Assembly (NCBI GenBank): GCA_041492755.1
Contig: JBGPXN010000103.1
Coordinates: 1-15,241 of the forward strand
Direction of reading: 5' to 3'
DNA: 15,241 bases
Source of the DNA: Candidatus Methylomirabilia bacterium
Lineage (GTDB): Bacteria > Methylomirabilota > Methylomirabilia > Rokubacteriales > CSP1-6
The position numbers and the translations under genes were made by a program. Of the stretch, positions 8,902-15,241 are shown in pieces. Within the stretch, counting starts at the first letter, position 1. Each line of letters begins with the position of its first letter. A model generated the notes under the pieces. The model ran no database searches, was not told the origin of the DNA, and saw only the letters and a list, made by a program, of their open reading frames with translations.

Positions 8902-11286
8902 ATGTCTGCACTCGATGGCATTCGCGTCCTGGATCAAACGCAGATCATGGCGGGTCCGTTCTGCAGCATGCTGCTCGGCGACATGGGCGCCGACGTCATC
9001 AAGATCGAGCCGCCCGACGGGGAGACGACGCGGCGGCAAGGGCTGCAGCTCGCACCCGGCGTGTCGGCGGCGTTCGTCGCCGTCAACCGCAACAAGCGCA
9101 GTCTCACGCTCGACCTTAAACGTCCGGAGAGCCTAGCCATCCACCACGAGCTCGTCGCCACCGCCGACGTGCTGATCGAGAACTATCGTCCCGGCGTCAC
9201 CGCTCGCCTCGGCGTCGACTACGAGACGCTGCGCCAGATCAACCCGCGCCTGATTTACTGCTCCGTCTCCGGCTTCGGCCAGACCGGGCCGTACGCGCCG
9301 CGCGGCGGCTACGACCTCATCGCCCAGGGTATGAGCGGGATCATGAGCGTCACCGGCACCGAGCAAGGGCCGCCGGTGAAGGTCGGCATTCCCATCACGG
9401 ATCTCGGCGCCGGCCTTTTCGCGGTGTTCGGCATCCTGTGCGCGCTACGCGCCCGGCGGGTGACGGGTCGCGGCCAGCACGTCGACACCTCGCTCTTCGA
9501 AGCCGGTCTCGCGCTGTCGGTGTGGGAATCGACCGAGTACTGGCTGACGGGCCGGACGCCGCAGCCCCTCGGCACCGCCCATCGGATGAATGCGCCGTAC
9601 CAGGCGTTGGCCGCGAGCGACGGGCACTTCACCGTCGGGGCCGCCAACGAGAAGCTCTGGCCGCTCTTCGTGGGGGTGCTCGGGCTCGACGAGCTCGTGC
9701 ACGATCCGCGCTTTCGGACCACGCCGGATCGTGTCCGCAATCGCGCAGCACTGCAAGAGGAGCTCGAGCGCGTGACGATCACGCGGCCACGCGCCTGGTG
9801 GCTCGGGCGCTGTGAGGAGGCCGGGATTCCGGCAGGACCGATCTACAGCGTCCCGGAGGCGCTCGCCGATGCCCACGTGCAAGCGCGCGGGATGGTGCAG
9901 GAGATGGACCATCCGGTCGCGGGCCGCATCAACGTGCTCGGCAATCCCGTGAAGATGTCGGCCTCGCCGCCGACGTACCGGCGCGCGGCCCCGCAGCTGG
10001 GCGAGGACGCCGACGCAATTCTGGCCGAGCTGAGCAACCGTCGCGCCGACATCATGGCGCCGTGCGCGCCGCGAGCCGCCGGCGAAGGCGCTCGGGGTCA
10101 CATGAAGGCGCTCGAAGGTCTTCGCGTCATCGACCTCACGCAGGCGATGGCCGGCCCCTTCTGCACGATGAACCTGGCCGACATGGGCGCGGACGTCATC
10201 AAGGTCGAGCCGCCCGGCGAGGGCGAACCCACGCGCGTGCCCGGTCCGGCGCAGAAGAACGGACACGCCGGGACATTCATGGCCGTGAACCGCAACAAGC
10301 GCAGCCTCACGGTCGACCTCAAGCGTCCCGGAGGCTTCGAGATCGTGCACCGGCTGGCGAAGACGGCCGACGTGTTCGTTCAGAACTATCGCCCCGGCGT
10401 GGCCGAGCGCCTCGGCGTCGGCTGGGACGATCTGCGCGCGGTGAATCCGCGGCTCATCTACTGCTCCGTGTCCGGCTTCGGGCGCACGGGTCCCTACGCC
10501 TCACGCGGCGGCTACGATCTCATCGCCCAGGGCATGAGCGGCATCATCAGCGTGACGGGCGAAGAAGACGGCGAGCCGGCGAAGTCGGGTCTGCCCATCA
10601 GCGATCTCGCGGCCGGCCTCTTCGGCTGCTACGGCATCCTCTCCGCGCTCGAATATCGCGAGCGCACCGGCCAGGGCCAGCTCGTGGATACCTCGCTGCT
10701 CGAGGCCGCGCTCGCGATGACGGTCTGGGAGTCGGGCGAATACTGGGTGACCGGGCAGGCCCCCACGCGTCTCGGCTCCGCCCATCGCCTGGCCGCCCCC
10801 TATCAGGCGCTGCGCGCGGCCGATGGGTACTTCACAGTCGGCGCCAACACCGATCGGCTCTGGCAGGCGTTCGCGCGCGTCATCGGTCGCCCCGAGCTCG
10901 CGTCCGACACGCGCTTCGCGACGGGGACGGCGCGCCTGGACAACCGCCCGGCGATGATCGCCGAGATCGAAAAGGCGACGGCAACGAAGTCGCGCGTGCA
11001 CTGGCTGGAGCGGCTCCACGCCGAGGGTGTGCCGTCGGGACCGATCAACACGTATCCCGAGGCGCTGGCCGACCCGCACACCCTCGCGCGCGGGATGGTG
11101 GTGGATCTGGTCCATCCGGGCGCGGGCCCGATCAAGGCACTCGGGGTTCCGGTGAAGCTGTCGGAGACGCCGGGTGCCGCGGACCGGCCGGCGCCGCTCG
11201 TGGGCCAGCACACCGGGGAGATTCTGACCGAGCTCGGGTACGGCGATGAGGAGCGGCAGAAGCTCCGTAAGGACGGTGTGATCTAG
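8902..11286 (+). CDS. Class III (CaiB/BaiF) CoA-transferase with two complete domains in one reading frame (domain 1 from 8902, domain 2 from ATG 10102)
   Basis: Two copies of 'L.G.RV.D.TQ.MAGPFC.M.L.DMGADVIK.EPP', 'NRNKRSL', 'NYRPGV', 'GGYDLIAQGMSGI.SVTG', and the catalytic-Asp motif PITDL / PISDL. No stop codon between them. 794 aa from ATG 8902. Confidence 0.9.
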   Translation: MSALDGIRVLDQTQIMAGPFCSMLLGDMGADVIKIEPPDGETTRRQGLQLAPGVSAAFVAVNRNKRSLTLDLKRPESLAIHHELVATADVLIENYRPGVTARLGVDYETLRQINPRLIYCSVSGFGQTGPYAPRGGYDLIAQGMSGIMSVTGTEQGPPVKVGIPITDLGAGLFAVFGILCALRARRVTGRGQHVDTSLFEAGLALSVWESTEYWLTGRTPQPLGTAHRMNAPYQALAASDGHFTVGAANEKLWPLFVGVLGLDELVHDPRFRTTPDRVRNRAALQEELERVTITRPRAWWLGRCEEAGIPAGPIYSVPEALADAHVQARGMVQEMDHPVAGRINVLGNPVKMSASPPTYRRAAPQLGEDADAILAELSNRRADIMAPCAPRAAGEGARGHMKALEGLRVIDLTQAMAGPFCTMNLADMGADVIKVEPPGEGEPTRVPGPAQKNGHAGTFMAVNRNKRSLTVDLKRPGGFEIVHRLAKTADVFVQNYRPGVAERLGVGWDDLRAVNPRLIYCSVSGFGRTGPYASRGGYDLIAQGMSGIISVTGEEDGEPAKSGLPISDLAAGLFGCYGILSALEYRERTGQGQLVDTSLLEAALAMTVWESGEYWVTGQAPTRLGSAHRLAAPYQALRAADGYFTVGANTDRLWQAFARVIGRPELASDTRFATGTARLDNRPAMIAEIEKATATKSRVHWLERLHAEGVPSGPINTYPEALADPHTLARGMVVDLVHPGAGPIKALGVPVKLSETPGAADRPAPLVGQHTGEILTELGYGDEERQKLRKDGVI

Positions 11287-11360
11287 GATCTGCCGCGTGA
11301 AGGCCCGCTTCTCTTGAGCTTGGCGTAGAGCTGGATACGGCGATCTCCACAGAGCATGCC

Positions 11361-11366
11361 TATAAT
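11361..11366 (+). promoter_or_regulatory. Consensus -10 hexamer TATAAT upstream of the acyl-CoA ligase
   Basis: Perfect TATAAT, uncommon in such GC-rich DNA, 19 nt before ATG 11386. No clear -35. Confidence 0.5.
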
Positions 11367-11385
11367 CCCGGCCGCGGGAACGGAG

Positions 11386-13017
11386 ATGGCCGAAACAGTC
11401 TTCGATGCGTTCATGGAGACGGCGCAGGCGGCGCCCGCCAACGTCTTCCTGTGCGCCCCGCCCGCGGCCGGGCGCGGGTATCATCCCGATGGCGTCGAGT
11501 TCACGTACGGCGCCACGCGCGGCGCCGTGCTCGCGCTGAGGGAGCGGTACGCGATGGCCGGGTACGGGCATGGCCACCGCGTCGCGCTGCTGCTCGAGAA
11601 CCGTCCGGAGTTCTTCTTCCACTACCTCGCGCTGAACGCGCTCGGCTGCGGCATCGTGCCGATCAATCCCGATTATCGTCACGACGAGCTGCTCTATCAG
11701 ATGGAGCACTCCGAAGCGGACCTGGCTGTCGTGATCGAGAGCCGCGTCGCTGACCTGGAGGCGGTAGCGCGCGAGCGTGGCGGTAAGCCGTTGCCCGTCG
11801 TCGCTGCTGAGCGCTTGCCGTCGCCGCTACCGAAGCCCGCGCCGACGCGGCGAGGCGCGCCGACGGGCGACACCGAGGCCAGCCTCCTCTATACGTCCGG
11901 CACCACCGGCCGGCCCAAGGGCTGCATCCTGACGAACTTCTACTATCTGAACGCGGGCGCCTGGTATCGCGACCTCATGCGTCTGCAGCACGGCCGCGAG
12001 CGCATCCTCAATCCGCTGCCGCTCTTCCACATGAACGCGCAGGCGGTGACGGCCACCGCCGCCATTCTCACCGCGGGCTGTCTGGCCCAGCCCGAGCGCT
12101 TCAGCCCCAGCCGATGGTGGAAGGACGTGGTGAACTCGCGCGCGACGATCATCCACTATCTCGGGGTCATGCCGCCGCTGCTCCTGAATCAGCCGCCGTG
12201 TCCGGAAGAGACGCAGCACCGCGTCCGGCAGGGATTCGGCGCCGGCGTCGAGCCGGAGCTGCACCCGTCGTTCGAGCGGCGCTTCGGCTTTCCGCTGATC
12301 GAGGTCTGGGGCATGACCGAGACCGGGCGTGTCTACGCCGACCACCAGGCGCCGCGCCAGATCACCACGCGCGCGTTCGGCCGACCGTTCGGCGGGCTGG
12401 AGGCGCGAGTCGTCGACGACAAGGACCGCGAGCTTCCGCGCGGAACCGAGGGCGAGCTGCTCGTGCGCTGGGGCGGCGCCCCAGGACCGCGCCACGGTTT
12501 CTTTGCCGGCTATCTGAAGAACGCCGACGCGACCGAGCAGGCGTGGGAAGGCGGCTGGTTTCACACCGGCGACGTCGTCCGTCAGGCGCCGGACGGCATG
12601 CTGTACTTCGTCGATCGCAAGAAGAACATCATCCGCCGCGCCGGCGAAAACATCGCCGCGGCCGAGATCGAAGCCTGTTTGCAGGCGCACGCGTCGGTCG
12701 CCCAGGTCGCGGTCCTCGCGGTCGCGGACGAGGTCCGTGAGGAAGAAGTCATGGCCTGTATCGTGCCGATGGCCGGCGTGACGCCCGACCGCGAGCTCGG
12801 CGAGCAACTTCAAGACTGGTGCCTGGGAAAGCTCGCCTACTTCAAGGCGCCCGGCTGGGTGCTGTTCGTGGAGAAGCTGCCAACCACCGGGACGCAGAAG
12901 GTGCAGAAGACCCGGATCTTCCCCAAGGACGAAGATCCGCGCCAACGAGGGGACGCGCTGGATCTACGGGACCGAAAGAAGCGGCGCCGTCGGGGACCTA
13001 CCGGGCGACCGTCCTGA
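11386..13017 (+). CDS. AMP-binding acyl-CoA ligase (CaiC crotonobetaine/carnitine-CoA ligase-like)
   Basis: Motifs 'LLYTSGTTGRPKG', 'PLPLFHMNAQ', 'EVWGMTETG', 'GWFHTGD', 'FVDRKKNIIRRAGENI', 'LPTTGTQKVQK'. Start moved to ATG 11386 because 11356 overlaps the TATAAT. The 3' end overlaps the convergent gene by 20 bp. Confidence 0.9.
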   Translation: MAETVFDAFMETAQAAPANVFLCAPPAAGRGYHPDGVEFTYGATRGAVLALRERYAMAGYGHGHRVALLLENRPEFFFHYLALNALGCGIVPINPDYRHDELLYQMEHSEADLAVVIESRVADLEAVARERGGKPLPVVAAERLPSPLPKPAPTRRGAPTGDTEASLLYTSGTTGRPKGCILTNFYYLNAGAWYRDLMRLQHGRERILNPLPLFHMNAQAVTATAAILTAGCLAQPERFSPSRWWKDVVNSRATIIHYLGVMPPLLLNQPPCPEETQHRVRQGFGAGVEPELHPSFERRFGFPLIEVWGMTETGRVYADHQAPRQITTRAFGRPFGGLEARVVDDKDRELPRGTEGELLVRWGGAPGPRHGFFAGYLKNADATEQAWEGGWFHTGDVVRQAPDGMLYFVDRKKNIIRRAGENIAAAEIEACLQAHASVAQVAVLAVADEVREEEVMACIVPMAGVTPDRELGEQLQDWCLGKLAYFKAPGWVLFVEKLPTTGTQKVQKTRIFPKDEDPRQRGDALDLRDRKKRRRRGPTGRPS

Positions 13018-14326
13018 ACCCGGCGAAGATGTTCCGCCGGTGGCGCATGTAGAAGTTCCGCCACGTGCTGCGGATCAGCCGCGAGCGTGTCGTCCAGCAT
13101 CCGCCCCGCAGCACCTTCTTGCGACCGAAGTATGGCTGCGAATACTCCTGGTAGGGATCGCACACGAACCCCGGGTAGGCGTCGAAGGTGTCGTCCACCC
13201 ATTCCCAGACGTTGCCGATCATCTGGCGGCAGCCGAGCGGGCTGTCGCCGTCGGGCCGCGCCCGCACGTCGATCGTCCCGCCGGCACGGAAATCGAGACT
13301 GGCGCGCTCCGGCGTGGGGGCCGCGTCGCCCCACGGAAATCGCCGCTTCCGCCCGGTGGCCGGATCCAGCGTCGCCGCCATCTCCCACTCGGCCTCGGTC
13401 GGCAGCCGGCGGCCCGCCCACGCACAGTACGCCTGCGCCTCGAACCAGTTGACGTGCACGACCGGATGCCACGGAGAAAGCGCCCCGACCTGCCCGAACT
13501 GGCGCTCGTACCAGCGGCCGTCGCCATCCCTCACCCAGAAGAGCGGATGCTGGGCGCCTTGGCGCCGCCGCCAGTCCCAGCCGCGGCGGTCCCACAGCTC
13601 GCGCCGGCGATATCCGCCGTCGTCGACGAACGCCTGGAACTCGGCGTTGGTCACCGGCGTCGCAGCGATGGAACACGGCGCCACCGTCACGGGATGTGCC
13701 CACTTCTCGTTGTCGAACACGAACGGCTCGTCGAGCGCGGCGCCGAGCGTGAACTCTCCGCCCGGCACGAAGACGTCCCGCGGGCGATAGGCCGGATCGA
13801 CGGGCGGTGACGCGCAGAGGGCGTCGAAGCGGCTGAGCTTCGGCCGCGAATAGTCGAGCGAGTGCAGGATGAGCGTGAGGTTCTCGGTGTGCATGTCCTC
13901 GTGAAGCGCCGCCAGCGTGTAGAAGTACGCGTCCTCGCTCCTCGGTTCGCGCGATTCCAGCCAGCCGACGCTGCGTTTCAGAACTTCGGTGATGTACCCC
14001 AGCGTCGCCTCACGGGACGGGAAGCGGTGCTCCCAGCGGCGCGTGTACGCGACGTTGAACGCGTCGTAAATGGCGTCCGAGCCTGGCAGGAGCGTGGCCG
14101 CGTGGTCGAGGTGCCGGGAGATCCAGAACTCCTGAAACCAGCCGACGTGCCCCATCTCCCAGATCGGCGGCTCCAGGAAGTGGCCGGGGACGCCGAGCAT
14201 CTCTGGGTCCGCGAGGCCGTCGAGCAACTCGAGCTCCGTCTCGCGGGCATCGAGGAGAGCGGTGAGCAAGGCGTCGGCGCTGGCGGGTGCCGAAAGAGCG
14301 GTGAGGTGTACGGAGCGATCGTTCAT
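12998..14326 (-). CDS. SenA/EgtB-family non-heme iron enzyme (DinB-like + FGE-sulfatase domains), closest to selenoneine synthase SenA by motif
   Basis: 'PPIWEMGHVGWFQEFW' (His60) and 'HEDMH' (His142/His146) form the 3-His iron site. Also 'FVFDNEKWAH', 'RRLPTEAEWE', 'GNVWEW', 'YSQPYFG', 'VLRGG', 'RNFY', 'IFAGFRT'. Confidence 0.85.
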   Translation of the reverse strand: MNDRSVHLTALSAPASADALLTALLDARETELELLDGLADPEMLGVPGHFLEPPIWEMGHVGWFQEFWISRHLDHAATLLPGSDAIYDAFNVAYTRRWEHRFPSREATLGYITEVLKRSVGWLESREPRSEDAYFYTLAALHEDMHTENLTLILHSLDYSRPKLSRFDALCASPPVDPAYRPRDVFVPGGEFTLGAALDEPFVFDNEKWAHPVTVAPCSIAATPVTNAEFQAFVDDGGYRRRELWDRRGWDWRRRQGAQHPLFWVRDGDGRWYERQFGQVGALSPWHPVVHVNWFEAQAYCAWAGRRLPTEAEWEMAATLDPATGRKRRFPWGDAAPTPERASLDFRAGGTIDVRARPDGDSPLGCRQMIGNVWEWVDDTFDAYPGFVCDPYQEYSQPYFGRKKVLRGGCWTTRSRLIRSTWRNFYMRHRRNIFAGFRTVAR

Positions 14327-14351
14327 CTACCCCGGGTTGTCCCCGGGGCCC

Positions 14352-14414
14352 AGTCTACTGCCGATACATCAGGTATTCACCTATCAACACCTTGATTTAT
14401 TCATGTCGACACCT
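14352..14414 (-). promoter_or_regulatory. AT-rich promoter/regulatory region of the SenA-like gene with IHF-consensus site and phased AGGTG repeats
   Basis: -10 candidate TAGACT at 14357-14352. TATCAACACCTTG (14382-14394, +) and AATCAAGGTGTTG (-) both match WATCAANNNNTTR. CACCT occurs at 14378, 14388 and 14410. Confidence 0.5.
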
Positions 14415-14479
14415 ATATCCATACCCGGTCTCCGTCTATGAGACGTCGCCGATAGGCGGTCCGTGCCTATGCGAGCGAC

Positions 14480-15154
14480 TCACCCTCTTTCGGACGACAA
14501 GCGCTCCGCCATCCATGCGGCGACGTCCCCGACTTCCTCGTCGCACACGGAGTGGGGCATCCGGTACTGGTGCCAGGTGACGCGATAGCCCAGACCGAGC
14601 AGGAGATCACGCGCCCGGGTCCCGCGCTCGATCGGGATCAGGTCGTCGCCCGTACCATGCGCCATGAAGATCGGCACGGCGCGGCTGCCCGGAGGCGCCT
14701 CGGTGGCGAGCACGTCACTCGAGGGCAGGGAGCAGGAGAGCGCGACGATTCCGGCGACGGGCGGCGACTGGCGCAGGCCGGTGTGCAGGGCCATCGCTCC
14801 GCCTTGAGAGAAGCCGGCGAGCACGATGCGATTGGCCGGAATACCGCGCGCCGTCTCGCGCGCGATCAGCGCCTCGATCTGTCGCTGAGAGACGCGGACG
14901 CCCTCGCGATCCTCGACGCGCATCCCGTCGCGGATCACCACGTCGTACCAGGCACGCATGACGTGGCCGGCGTTCACCGTGACCGGACGCATCGGGGCGT
15001 GGGGAAGGACGAATCGCACGGCGCCGGGCGGACTCAGCTCCGGCACCAGCGGCTCGAAGTCGTGCCCGTCGGCGCCGAGCCCATGCAGCCAGATGACGGC
15101 CGCGGTCGGCGACGGCGCCGTCTCGATCTCGATCGACTCCAACAGGTCGCTCAC
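14480..15154 (-). CDS. Phospholipase/carboxylesterase (Abhydrolase_2 family)
   Basis: Motifs 'VIWLHGLGADGHDF', 'RFVLPHAPMRPVTVNAGHVMRAWYD', 'LAGFSQGGAM', 'FMAHGTGDDLIP', 'YRMPHSVC'. GTG 15154 (MSDLLESIEIET) preferred as start. Confidence 0.93.
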   Translation of the reverse strand: MSDLLESIEIETAPSPTAAVIWLHGLGADGHDFEPLVPELSPPGAVRFVLPHAPMRPVTVNAGHVMRAWYDVVIRDGMRVEDREGVRVSQRQIEALIARETARGIPANRIVLAGFSQGGAMALHTGLRQSPPVAGIVALSCSLPSSDVLATEAPPGSRAVPIFMAHGTGDDLIPIERGTRARDLLLGLGYRVTWHQYRMPHSVCDEEVGDVAAWMAERLSSERG

Positions 15155-15161
15155 GTCGCGC

Positions 15162-15170
15162 ATGCTATCA
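15162..15170 (-). promoter_or_regulatory. Extended -10 promoter (TG-A-TAGCAT), leaderless carboxylesterase transcript
   Basis: Minus strand reads TGATAGCAT-gcgcgac-GTG: 7 nt spacing to the start codon and no SD. Confidence 0.55.
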
Positions 15171-15241
15171 CGCGGCGGCGCGCCGTCCGGCCGCCACCGA
15201 AGCGCCACCTCATCGCTTCCGCGACGGATGCGCGCGCACGG

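Noticed and set aside
12998..13017. 20-bp convergent overlap between the ligase and the SenA-like gene as a regulatory feature
   Set aside because: Short 3' overlaps are common in GC-rich genomes, and the ligase tail (RRRRGPTGRPS) looks like simple stop drift.
14383..14396. FNR/CRP-family box
   Set aside because: The half-sites are in the reverse order (ATCAA-N4-TTGAT) to the FNR consensus TTGAT-N4-ATCAA.
14327..14479. SAM or other riboswitch upstream of the SenA-like gene
   Set aside because: No recognisable conserved riboswitch core on the coding strand, and the candidate -10 leaves only a short leader. An Rfam scan would be needed to exclude it fully.

Overview
This is a high-GC bacterial window. 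The gene content (orphan ABC_sub_bind-type binding proteins, a Uma2 nuclease, class III CoA-transferases, GlnRS) resembles Candidatus Rokubacteria/Methylomirabilota, but that assignment is inference only. The left ~2.8 kb is a lower-GC array of three same-strand solute-binding-protein genes, each followed within 26-55 bp by an integron attC-like site (412-499, 1590-1653, 2701-2771). It looks like the distal end of an integron cassette array or a CALIN whose cargo is orphan ABC substrate-binding proteins. Two of the three attC sites have lost the GTT crossover triplet, and no integrase lies in the window. The rest is chromosomal-type metabolism: cupin + RutD-like hydrolase, DUF5680 protein, glnS, Uma2 nuclease, an amidase with a small AtzG/GatC-like partner, an in-frame tandem CaiB-CaiB CoA-transferase followed by a CaiC-like acyl-CoA ligase, an orphan SenA/EgtB-family non-heme iron enzyme with an IHF-consensus site upstream, and a carboxylesterase. 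Several genes look leaderless (-10 hexamer exactly 7 nt before the start codon). All calls come from reading the sequence and recalled family motifs; no searches were run.
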